DNA of 64,000 bases, from positions 189,038,001-189,102,000 of the forward strand of contig NC_042997.1 of assembly GCF_006345805.1 (NCBI RefSeq), given 5' to 3'. The translations under genes were made by a program, and so were the position numbers. How positions within the stretch are numbered: the stretch's first letter is position 1; the number at the start of each line of letters is the position of its first letter. This DNA is from Octopus sinensis. Taxonomy: Eukaryota. Below the pieces are notes generated by a model. That model saw only the letters and a list, made by a program, of their open reading frames with translations, had not been told where the DNA came from and searched no databases. Below are positions 1 through 10,946 of this stretch, piece by piece.

Positions 1-29
<29 letters not shown>

Positions 30-31
<2 letters not shown>

Positions 32-202
32 CGTAGGAGTGGCTGTGTGGTAAGTAGCTTGCTTATGAACCACATGGTTCCGGGTTCAGTCCCACTGCGT
101 GGCACCTTGGGCAAGTGTCTTCTACTATAGCCTCGGGCCGACCAAAGCCTTGTGAGTGGATTTGGTAGACGGAAACTGAAAGAAGCCTGTCGTATATATG
201 TG

Positions 203-243
<41 letters not shown>

Positions 244-462
244 TATATGTGTGTGTGTGTGTTTGTGTGTCTGTGTTTGTCCCCCCCCTCCCAGCATCGC
301 TTGACAACCGATGCTGGTGTGTTTACACCCCCGTAACTTAGCGGTTCGGCAAAAGAGACTGATAGAATAAGTCCTGGGGGTCGATTTGCTCGACAAAAGG
401 CGGTGCTCCAGCATGGCGACAGTCAAATGACTGAAACAAGTAGAAGAGTAAAAGAGAAAGAG
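30..462 (+). mobile_element. tRNA-derived SINE, family A (internal TA/TG microsatellite)
   Basis: A box TGGCTGTGTGG, B box GGTTCAGTCCC, conserved TGGCACCTTGGGCAAGTG core; many copies in the window. Confidence 0.85.
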
Positions 463-517
463 TATATATATATATCATCACCATCATCGTTTAATGTCTG
501 CTCTCCATGCTAGCATG

Positions 518-554
<37 letters not shown>

Positions 555-562
<8 letters not shown>

Positions 563-3140
563 TATTGGCAGGGCTGGCCTGCTAGGTAGCCGGCCAGAAT
601 GCTAGAAATAGATCATCAACGATCAAACTACAAGGGAAATTCTCTAGAGGAAGAATTCAGCGAACACCAGAACCAAATTTGGCGGGCAGGACATATGAAA
701 AATTAAATAAAAAAAAGACTTAAATGCATACCTCGGTTTCGGTCTTAACAAAAGAATTACTTGCATAATTCAAGTGTCCGTGACTTCTTCAGTACATTCG
801 GTCCTCGAGATGCAAACCGCAAGACTAACCCCAGCTCTCTGTGTCAAGACAGACACGTGCTTAGTCTTACTGATTACATCGGGAATAAAATTTCAAATGT
901 CTTGGTTCCGGCGCGCTAAGAGACTCCTGAAGCGAAGGGCTGCAGTGAATAATTCACTGCGGGTAAAGCTTACTACTAGGGAACGTATTTATTTAAATAT
1001 TTAAAAATTGAGGGAGATAAATTAATATTAATTTTAATATCAATTTAAAACCAGTAGTCCAGCATTCAAAAAATCTGAGGAGTCAGAGAAAATTCAAATA
1101 TATGTGTATATTGGCAGGGCTGGCCTGCTAGGTAGCCGGCCAGAATGCTAGAAATAGATCATCAACGATCAAACTACAAGGGAAATTCTCTAGAGGAAGA
1201 ATTCAGCGAACACCAGAACAAATTTGGCGGGCAGGACATATGAAAAATAAATAAAAAAAACAGACTTAAATGCATACCTCGGTTTCGGTCTTAACAAAAG
1301 AATTACTTGCATAATTCAAGTGTCCGTGACTTCTTCAGTACATTCGGTCCTCGAGATGCAAACCGCAAGACTAACCCCAGCTCCCTGTGTCAAGACAGAC
1401 ACGTGCTTAGTCTTACTGATTACATCGGGAATAAAATTTCAAATGTCTTGGTTCCGGCGCGCTAAGAGACTCCTGAAGCGAAGGGCTGCAGTGAATAATT
1501 CACTGCGGGTAAGCTTACTACTAGGGAACGTATTTATTTAAATATTAAAAATTGAGGGAGATAAATTAATATTAATTTTAATATCAATTTAAAACCAGTA
1601 GTCCAGCATTCAAAAAATCTGAGGAGTCAGAGAAAATTCAAATATGTGTATATTGCAGGGCTGGCCTGCTAGGTAGCGGCCAGAATGCTAGAAATAGATC
1701 ATCAACGATCAAACTACAAGGGAAATTCTCTAGAGGAAGAATTCAGCGAACACCAGAACCAAATTTGGCGGGCAGGACATATGAAAAATTAATAAAAAAC
1801 AGACTTAAATGCATACCTCGGTTTCGGTCTTAACAAAAGAATTACTTGCATAATTCAAGTGTCCGTGACTTCTTCAGTACATTCGGTCCTTGAGATGCAA
1901 ACCGCAAGACTAACCCCAGCTCTCTGTGTCAAGACAGACACGTGCTTAGTCTTACTGATTACATCGGGAATAAAATTTCAAATGTCTTGGTTCCGGCACA
2001 CTAAGAGACTCCTGAAGCGAGGGCTGCAGTGAATATTCACTGCGGGTAAAGCTTACTACTAGGGAACGTATTTATTTAAATATTAAAAATTGAGGGAGAT
2101 AAATTAATATTAATTTTAATATCAATTTAAAACCAGTAGTCCAGCATTCAAAAAATCTGAGGAGTCAGAGAAAATTCAAATATATGTGTATATTGGCAGG
2201 GCTGGCCTGCTAGGTAGCCGGCCAGAATGCTAGAAATAGATCATCAACGATCAAACTACAAGGGAAATTCTCTAGAGGAAGAATTCAGCGAACACCAGAA
2301 CCAAATTTGGCGGGCAGGACATATGAAAAATTAAATAAAAAACAGACTTAAATGCATACCTCGGTTTCGGTCTTAACAAAAGAATTACTTGCATAATTCA
2401 AGTGTCCGTGACTTCTTCAGTACATTCGGTCCTCGAGATGCAAACCGCAAGACTAACCCCAGCTCCCTGTGTCAAGACAGACACGTGCTTAGTCTTACTG
2501 ATTACATCGGGAATAAAATTTCAAATGTCTTGGTTCCGGCGCGCTAAGAGACTCCTGAAGCGAAGGGCTGCAGTGAATAATTCACTGCGAGTAAAGCTTA
2601 CTACTAGGGAACGTATTTATTTAAATATTTAAAATGAGGGAGATAAATTAATATTAATTTTAATATCAATTTAAAACCAGTAGTCCAGCATTCAAAAAAT
2701 CTGAGGAGTCAGAGAAAATTCAAATATATGTGTATATTGGCAGGGCTGGCCTGCTAGGTAGCCGCCAGAATGCTAGAAATAGATCATCAACGATCAAACT
2801 ACAAGGGAAATTCTCTAGAGAAGAATTCAGCGAACACCAGAACCAAATTTGGCGGGCAGGACATATGAAAAATAAATAAAAAACAGACTTAAATGCATAC
2901 CTCGGTTTCGGTCTTAACAAAAGAATTACTTGCATAATTCAAGTGTCCGTGACTTCTTCAGTACATTCGGTCCTTGAGATGCAAACCGCAAGACTAACCC
3001 CAGCTCTCTGTGTCAAGACAGACACGTGCTTAGTCTTACTGATTACATCGGGAATAAAATTTCAAATGTCTTGGTTCCGGCACACTAAGAGACTCCTGAA
3101 GCGAAGGGCTGCAGTGAATAATTCACTGCGGGTAAAGCTT
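555..3140 (-). repeat. Tandem array of ~4.7 copies of a ~543-bp hammerhead-containing unit (retrozyme/Penelope pLTR-like)
   Basis: Unit anchors ttg(g)caggg at 565, 1111, 1653, 2193 and 2737; near-identical copies; starts in a TA microsatellite and ends abruptly at ~3140. Confidence 0.9.
722..799 (-). ncRNA. Minimal type I hammerhead ribozyme motif (further copies at 1268-1345, 1807-1884, 2350-2427, 2891-2968)
   Basis: Minus strand reads gaatgta-CTGAAGA-a-GTC..(gaatta/taattc hairpin)..GAC-c-GAAA-CCGAGGT-A-tgcattt. Stem I is gaatgta/tgcattt, stem III is ACC-GA-GGT, and the cleavage triplet is GUA. Confidence 0.75.
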
Positions 3141-3417
3141 AAGTGTGTGTGTTTGTGTATATCCTTTTCTTGACACCACATGGTAGTTGTAAATGAGCAT
3201 CATCATCATATAATTGGTGTTCATTTTCAGTCTTCCATGAAAAGCATGTCTGGCCATGGGGAAATATTGCATTGCCTGGAAACTGATGAGAATTGATGAC
3301 ATGAAGGGCATCTAGTTGTAAGAAATCTGTTTCAACAAATTCTGTCTGACGCATACAAGTATGGAAAAGTGGACATGAAATGATGATGATAATGATATAC
3401 ACAAACTTATATATATA

Positions 3418-4544
3418 TCTATACTAATAAAAGTGAAGTTCAAGCTTGCTTGCTTGCAATGTTACACAACCAAACTGGCGCATAATAGGAAAATACTATG
3501 AATTAAGTTGTCCCTGAAATGTTAATACGAACGGAATGAAACAAGTTTCGTGTAAATCAGACCAGTAGTTATTGAGATGTTTGGGGTATAGATACTCAAA
3601 ATGGTGCATAATGGGAAAATATTCCGAATTTAACTTCATCCAGAAAGGGAAGAAACTCTAACCTTTAGATTAAACACATTATGACTAACTTGCCAATGAA
3701 AAAATACAAGTTCTTACAGTGAATGTTTCTATTTTTGCTTTTTTTAAACATTTAGAAATACTTTTAAGCAAATGTGATTTCAAAAATGTAAGTTATTTGT
3801 ACAGTAATTATTTATATTTTAGCTTTCTTTAAACTGACAATATTTTAATGTTTTTTAAATTATTTCAAGTGAAAAAAATTACATAACTCTTATTTGGCAT
3901 ATTTAAAAAATATTTTTAAGTGAAAATGACTTTAGAAATACAGTAAATATTTCATAAAAGACCCATTTGTTACCTTGGTGTGAAATAATTTTCTTCCATT
4001 GGTTTTTTTCAAGTGCATTCAACGTATCTCACCTCCAAAGATTTGGCTGCTATTTCTATCACGCCCTGTTACCACATAGCAGCTATTTTCGATAAAGGAC
4101 ACAAAATACCTGTTATGTGGTAGCAGGGCATGCAAGAAATAACAGCCAAATCTTTCCTTTTTCTGGGGGAAAGGAGCCGTGTATGTGTGATTTTGATGTC
4201 ACATTCATTGAAAGCATGTGAAATAACCTAGAAAAAAGAAAGAAAAAACCCACGAAACAAAGCTCTGGGAAACTAAGACTTTCCTGAAACCAACAGGTCA
4301 CGAGTAGTCTAGTGTGTGTGTATATTATATATATATATTCTATAATATAAATTGGACATGGGCGGTCATTATATTCTTTCTTGTCTTGAGGTTTGCAGCT
4401 AAACGGCTGGGTGGATTTACATGAAGAATGGCGTGGAGACGGGTGCATAGATTGAAATATGGTTTGTATTTTTTTTTCCTAAACTGAAAATGATCACAGC
4501 CACATCATCCAAACAGACTGGGTGAAACCGGGCTTAGCTGCTAG
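3418..4544 (+). mobile_element. Non-autonomous Helitron
   Basis: A|TCTATACTAATAAAAG 5' end; 3' end GGGTGAAACCGGG..CTAG|T with a short subterminal hairpin; inserted at an AT site without a TSD. Confidence 0.7.
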
Positions 4545-4560
4545 TATATATATATATATA

Positions 4561-4823
4561 TAAATAAGAAAATGGAGGAACAAATTCATTTCAGTCATCA
4601 ACTTTCAGATATTACCATTTGAATTTGTTCCTCCATTTTCTTATTTGTATTATGAATTTACGGTAAAATATTTTACCTTCGCCCATCCGATACAATAAAT
4701 GACTTAATTGCTTTGCAATTATAAGCATTTATGTATTTGGCATTTGGGTGCTTCACCGGCAGTATATTGGATAACTGATATCCCATAGTGGGTTACCCTC
4801 ATAACCCCTATCTTACTTTTTAC
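4561..4823. mobile_element. Fragment of the same family as 6046-6535, with a 27-bp inverted repeat head
   Basis: aaataagaaaatggaggaacaaattca (4562-4588) and its reverse complement (4620-4646); shared tail; TA flanks. Confidence 0.65.
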
Positions 4824-4830
4824 TATATAT

Positions 4831-4865
<35 letters not shown>

Positions 4866-5074
4866 CAGGGTGTCCCAAAAGTCACGTACCTTTCTGGTTA
4901 TCATTTAAAATAATTAAAGTATTTTATTTTATTATATTTTTTTGGCATGTTTTATTGTAGAGGTTGCTCAATTTGAGCATTTGTTGTAATTAATTTCAAT
5001 AACGTGTTTTTGAAATCAGTAAGGGTGTATTCTTTTATGAAACCAGGGTGGTGTGCGATTTCTGGGACACCCTG
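4866..5074. mobile_element. Tc1/mariner-type MITE
   Basis: TIRs CAGGGTGTCCCAAAAGTC / GATTTCTGGGACACCCTG flanked by TA. Confidence 0.8.
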
Positions 5075-5274
5075 TATATATATATATATATATACGAAAC
5101 ATACATTGAGTCGAAACAGGGGCAGCTGAAGAAGGGGAATGTTCCTTGTGTTGGTTGTCTTGTACTCTGTTTTTTCGTTGTTAAAAAAAGTCCGTTTCCT
5201 TGTTTGGTTTTATGTTTTCGTTTCTTGTTGTGTTCTACGTTTATTTGTGGTGTCCTGTACTCATATATGCATGT

Positions 5275-5552
5275 GCTGTCTGCCAGCCTCGTCTGGCACC
5301 TGTGTCGGTGGCACATAAAAAACACCATCTGAGCGTGGCCGTCTGCCAGCCTCGTCTGGCACCTGTGTCGGTGGCACATAAAATCACCCACTACACTCTC
5401 GGAGTGGTTGGCGTTAGGAAGGGCATCCAGCTGTAGAAACACTGCCAGATCTGACTGGCCTGGTGCAGCCTTCGGGCTTGCCAGACCCCAGTTGAACCGT
5501 CCAACCCATGCTAGCATGGAAAGCAGACGTTAAACGATGATGATGATGATGA
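5275..5552 (+). mobile_element. Family B interspersed repeat (GGAAGGGCATCCAGCTGTAG core, 61-bp VNTR, (GAT)n tail; SINE/RTE-like)
   Basis: Further + copies at ~41275-41853, 44430-44660, 49335-49655, 53760-54053, 57510-57750 and 61488-61681; - copies at ~16320-16700, 19451-19905, 20317-20550, 36239-36680, 50116-50485 and 62052-62460. Confidence 0.85.
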
Positions 5553-6017
5553 TATATATATATATATATGTATCCTTTGAGTGAAACGTTTTGGATATGC
5601 ATATAAAAGCTTCTATTCTATTACGCTGGCTACAACCTAATGATGCCAAATGGCGATACCAGTTTTTTGGGTTGTACTGGGCCATGCTGATATAGCATGT
5701 AATTTGTGGAAATGCATGTAGTGATGCATTAAAATATAAATTCCATCAAAGGATTATGATTGTTATTACTGTATATACACACACACATGTACAAATTACA
5801 CACACACACACACCTTTAAATACACACACCTTTGAATACACACACACACACACACACACACATGTATACGTGTTTATTTATATCTGTGGTTCTGTAGTTA
5901 AGGAGTTAGCATTGCTGTCATGGTTTTAGTTTCAGTCCCACTGCATCGCACTTTGTGCAAGTGTCTACTACTATAGCCCTGGGTCAGCTAAAGCCTTGTG
6001 AGTGAATTTGGTAGAGG

Positions 6018-6045
<28 letters not shown>

Positions 6046-6048
<3 letters not shown>

Positions 6049-6535
6049 AAATAATGTGACAATTATTCAGTAGCCAAGATAAAACTCTGAGTTTCGGATG
6101 CTGAGGTGGAAATCCACGCCACCATCTCTTCGGTTATCTGGCCATCTGAAAAATGCTATGAAAAAAGACTGTTATTTATTATATATCAGCATGGTTCAGT
6201 TCAACCCAAAAAACTGGTATTGCCAGTTGGCATCATTAGGTTGTAGCCAGCATAATAGATAACGGTCTTTTTTCATAGCGTTTTTCAAATGGCCAGATAA
6301 CCGAAGAGATGGTGGTGTGGATTTCCACCTCGGCATCCGAAACTCAGAGTTTTATCTTAGCTATTGAATAATTGTCACATATTTTACCTTCGCCCATCCG
6401 ATACAATAAATGAATTAATTACTTTGGAATTATAAGCATTTATGTATTTGGCATTTGGGTGCTTCACCAGCAGTATATTGGATAACTGATGTCCCATAGT
6501 GGGTTACCCTCATAACCCCTATCTTACTTTGTACT
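6046..6535. mobile_element. Penelope-like non-autonomous element with a ~136-bp inverted repeat carrying a variant HHR motif in each arm
   Basis: Arms 6046-6182 and 6252-6387. The tail 6380-6535 matches 4668-4823, and the spacer is an inverted copy of ~5619-5694. Flanked by TA runs. Confidence 0.65.
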
Positions 6536-7095
6536 ATATATATATATATATTACAGATAAATTCCTCTATTTACATAATATTGAGGTCTCTTTCTTTCTT
6601 TTGTTATCTTACCGTTTTTACCAACACACACACACACACATATGTGCTTGTGTATCTGTTTGTTTGTTTGTAATTGTGCCTATGAATGTCATTTGCTACA
6701 ACTAGTGTTGTCGCTTCTGCCAACAAATCATCTGTTCATCTCATGCCTTTAATGACATGTAAAAGAAAAATTTCCCTTACTTGAAAAACAGGTAAAACAG
6801 TGTCTCACTAAAATATGCCCAACCTGTGCTAGTACAGAAAAAATACGATTGTAAAATGAACAGACAATATCCATATACATAAATACATATTGAAAAGCTC
6901 TAGAGGAGGTTTCATGAGTAAATTTGTATTAAAAAACAAAAGGCAATAAAATGCTTTGAGCACTTCCTCATGGTGAAAGAATGTATAAAAAAACGTACAT
7001 TTTTTTTTCTTTTGTTCATTATAAAGTTCTCAGGCCATTTCTTTTTGTTTTTACATTTGTAGATATTTTTATATACATAGGTAAAAACTGATATA

Positions 7096-7962
7096 CAGGG
7101 TATGATGAATAAACTGTCATCTAAATCAGGGTACAATGAATAAACTGTCATCTAAATCAGGGTACAATGAATAAACTGTCATCTAATATTACTAACATCT
7201 CATTTTAACAGATATAGTTACCAAAATTACATAAAAATATCTTGAAGTATTAGAGAGTAAACTTATTCAATAAAATTGCCATTGGCTTCAACCACAGCCT
7301 CCAGACAACATCAAAATTTCCTGCAACACTTCTGCAAGGTCTCCTTGTTTAAGTTGGTGAATGCTGCCATAATCCTTGCCTTCAGTTCATCTTACAAGGA
7401 GTTTTATTGGTCTCTCACTCAACTGTCCCCCACACATAATAATCAAGGGGCTTGCAGTCAGGGGAGTTAGGTGGCCAGTTGTTAGGGTTGATGTGGTTGC
7501 AGAAATTGTCTGCTAACCATGATTGGGTTCTCGTACTTGCGTGGCATGGAAGATGCAGGGTCTTCCAGCTGCTACCCTCTTGACCCAAGGCAGTACTACC
7601 TCCCCCAGGCACTTGATTACAGGCCCCTGTATCGAGTCTGAGGCCATGTGGGAAGATGAATTGAGGCATAATGTCACCATTGTTTGTGATGTGACAGGAT
7701 GTTTGATTTTTATCATTCTCAGTACGTGTCCTTAGACACCCAAATACTCTGAAATGTTCATATTGGAACTTCTAGCACGAATGTCAAGCAGTGCAGCATG
7801 TTGTTTCCAAATTTATGTCGGAGTGAATTGCGTCATGGTGCTGTTTTTCTCACAGACAATGCCCAACTGACCCTACCATACTGTGTAGTCAACAAAATTA
7901 AAAACAATGTGCATGTGCAAAATTAAAAATATAAAATGGTGACAATTTACCCATTGCACCCA
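7096..7962 (-). mobile_element. Decayed Tc1/mariner (maT/DD37D-like) transposon
   Basis: NWPPNSPDCKPLDYYVWG transposase motif (ORF 7415..7669). The left terminus CAGGGTA..AATAAACTGTCATCT is triplicated with a 31-bp period; a degenerate inverted end lies near 7935-7962. Confidence 0.75.
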
Positions 7963-8296
7963 TATATACACATTATACACACATATTTGTAAAATTTCAC
8001 CTATATACAAATACAGGTAGACATGCTATCATACATATACAAATATACAAGTGTAGAAACGTGTGTATGTATATATGACTCTTTTTATGTATGTGAAATA
8101 TATACAAATACTTATGCATATTGCTCACTGGCCCATAAACGTACCTATATGTGTATATAGTTACTTGAACTGAAAAAAAATGTATGTGTATGTATGTATA
8201 TATATGTGTGTGTGTGTGTGTGTGTGCACACAGACATACATACACATATGCATATGCTGGCAGATACACAGGAAATATAACTCTGTATGCATATAC

Positions 8297-8298
<2 letters not shown>

Positions 8299-8370
<72 letters not shown>
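8299..8370. repeat. Long (TA)n microsatellite; many other (TA)n, (CA)n, (GAT)n and (TAA)n tracts occur throughout
   Basis: Seen directly in the sequence. Confidence 0.95.
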
Positions 8371-8371
<1 letters not shown>

Positions 8372-8372
<1 letters not shown>

Positions 8373-8764
8373 TTTTACTTGTTTCAGTCATTTGACTGCA
8401 GCCATGCTGGAGCACCGCCTTTAGTCGAGCAGATCAACCCCAGGACTTATTCTTTAGAAGCCTAGTACTTATTCTATCAGTCTCTTTTGCTGAACCACTA
8501 AGTTACAGGGACGTAAACACACCACCATCAGTTGTCAAGCGATGTTGGGGAGACAAACACAGACACACAAACATATATACACACACATATATACATATAT
8601 ACGATGGGCTTCTTTCAGTTTCCATCTACCAAATCCACTCACAAGGCTTTGGTCGGCCCGAGGCTATAGTAGAAGACACTTGCCCAAGGTGCCACACTGT
8701 GGGATTGAACCTGGAACCATGTGGTTGGTAGGTAAGCTACTTACCACACAGCCACTCCTGAGCC
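8372..8764 (-). mobile_element. SINE family A copy
   Basis: Reverse-complement match to 30-462. Confidence 0.85.
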
Positions 8765-8786
8765 TATAGTCAAGTGTGATCTTAAA

Positions 8787-10248
8787 ACTCCTGTACTGCA
8801 AGTCAATGCAGCTATTGTCAAGTGTGATCTGCATAATTCAGATAGTTGTTGTGTGGCACCCTAAATCAGGAACTAAGCACTCTTCTGTTTGAGAAAGAAT
8901 GTTTAGTCTCACTTTAGAATCAACTTACTGTCAAAAGATTTCCTGTTCATATGATGCACTTTTGGATTTCTTGTTTATTAATGAACCTCTTCAGAAGAAC
9001 TTCTTTTTTCTTGCTTTAGCTTTCAAGCATTATGTTTGATATTCCTCAAGTGTTGAGTTAGAATTTGGTGATATTATTTATTAATGTTTTAAGGATAAAT
9101 TAGAGAATGTGAGCTTGACCTTGGAGAAAATAATCAGAGAAATATTTCAGTATCATTTATATATATCAGTGATCTAAATGATTTATGTATATATAAGTAT
9201 AATCTATAGATACATATAAAAGCATGTGTGTATCTATATAAAATAGGTGTGGTTAAGGAGTTTGCTTTTGAAGCAAATGGTCTCAGTTTCAGTCCCACTG
9301 TGTGGCATCTTGGGCAAGTGTCTGCTACTATAGCTCCAAGCTGACCAAAGCCTTGTGGAAACTGATGGAAACCTGTTTAAAAACTTATTAATGGCTAAAA
9401 GTGACTGAATATTGTCTGAAAGTGTCATATAAAATTGTATCCTTAAAATAATCCATGTTTTTTTAAAAAATAAATCACTTTATTTACTCAAGCAACAACA
9501 AAAAAATTTAATTAATAATTTATGTTGATAACCTTATCTAACTATATACTTCAGTTGTTTCATTAAATGAATATGTGTTAATACCTTGTTTTGAATAACT
9601 GATTAACTGTCAAACTTAATTGGTGTTAGTAATTAACTTTGTGCTATAAGTATTACAAATGAAGCAGTCTCTATTTAGAGGGTAGCACAAAGGAGTGTTG
9701 AAATTGCATTTGATTAGATTCGGTGTATGGTTTTGGTTTTCATATTTAGATATATTTAAGTGGTTGTAATTAGCTATAGTTTTCTCAAAGTTGCTGGTTG
9801 TAGAATACAGTATTTTGTGTTTTTCTTACAATTTGAGATACTTATGGTTAGGGTAGAAATGTCTTTCTAGGATTTTGAAGAAATGGTTGGCTACAGGTGT
9901 ACAGAACTAAAGGTTGAAGGGTGGATTAAACCAAATAATCTTTTTCTGCTTTGTTTTTCTTTCTTATTGGTATGATATTATTTGTATATTGGACTTTTTA
10001 TCTGTATTTAATATCGTGAAGTTCCTGAAGGTGTTGCAGTTTCATTGACTACAGATTCATTGAATGATAAAGTAGAGAGTTTTAACTCTTAATACTCCTG
10101 TACTGCAAGTCAATGCAACTATAGTCAAGTGTGATCTGCCTAATTCAGATAGTTGTTGTCTGGGGCCATAAATCAGGAACTAAGCACTCTTCTGTTTGAG
10201 AAACAATGTTTAGTCTCACTTTAGAAAAAAACTTACTGTCAAAAGATT
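8787..10248 (+). repeat. ~155-bp direct duplication (8787-8940 and 10094-10248)
   Basis: ACTCCTGTACTGCAAGTCAATGCA...CTTACTGTCAAAAGATT occurs twice with scattered substitutions. Confidence 0.9.
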
Positions 10249-10254
10249 GGGTTT

Positions 10255-10582
10255 CAGTTGCACAAAATCACCTTGATTATATCGAAAACAAGGAAGACTT
10301 TTTGAAAACTTTGCATAGGCCTTTGAGCAGGTATTGCCAAGCTTTTGGCAAAATTTGATGTAGATTTTCTGTTCAACTTTCTTTGTCATGGTCAGTGTGA
10401 TGATTATATGCTGCACACCTTCCTTCTAAGCATTGCTGTAAACAGTGGAAGTGAGCTAGAGCATTAAAACTTGGTGCACATGCACAGTAGAGCTCAAGGT
10501 CAATCTGTGCCAAGCGGCTTCACTCTGTGTGCTTTAGGTTCATTACAATAGCAACAGTCCAGATACTTATTTATCAGACCAC
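10255..10582 (-). mobile_element. Mariner 5' fragment
   Basis: VEQKIYIKFCQKLGNTCSKAY resembles the mariner N-terminal HTH (EQR..IKFC.KLG). Confidence 0.6.
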
Positions 10583-10921
10583 ATATATATAGTAAGAAAA
10601 TTTTAAGTAATAATAAAAATGTTATCTGTTTCTCTTTGCACATAAGAAGTATTAAGTTACTAAATATTGACCAAAAAAAAAAAAATCATTGAAATTGTGG
10701 GAGATTGTTAAAGGAACCATGGAAGCCATAAGAAAATATAATAAACTAACTAGAGAATGCTTCTGAAAGGAAATGACAAGGCATGGTAAATCATTCCTAA
10801 TAATATCAGTTTGAATGATTTAGACACTCTTTTCATTTTGTATTGAAATGTTGCATGTTGCACCATTAACAAGATTAAATGGAAGGCCTAATACAGAATA
10901 AATTCTTCCCTTCTCTGCCAG

Positions 10922-10946
10922 GAAAAGAGTAAAACAATTATGGCAG
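10922..10946 (+). CDS. SEC16: Candidate 25-nt SEC16 exon (EKSKTIMA + G); contains an in-frame ATG
   Basis: Strong acceptor ttcttcccttctctgccag and donor CAG/gtgagg. Phase 0 in and phase 1 out fits the following phase-1 exons. No homology support. Confidence 0.4.

Noticed and set aside
30-105. tRNA-like A/B boxes here and at other SINE heads
   Set aside because: They continue into SINE bodies and do not form a full cloverleaf; not tRNA genes.
925-985. Possible second, + strand hammerhead in the array unit (CTGAAGCG...GCAGTGAA/TTCACTGC hairpin...GGAAC; also CTGAGGAG near 1075)
   Set aside because: The core is non-canonical and I could not form stems I and III, so an ambisense viroid-like arrangement is not supported.
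774-3173. Repeated 73-76 aa ORFs (MSVTSSVHSV...) in the tandem array
   Set aside because: GTG starts, broken in copy 3, no recognisable domain; the information is in the minus-strand RNA structure.
5095-5165. CGAAAC..CTGAAGAAGGGG motif resembling an HHR
   Set aside because: No consistent set of three stems and no GAAA after the putative stem II.
7997-8465. ORFs rich in YI/HT/CV repeats (also at 125, 4719, 32837, 49197 and 57024)
   Set aside because: Translations of (TA)n/(CA)n microsatellites.
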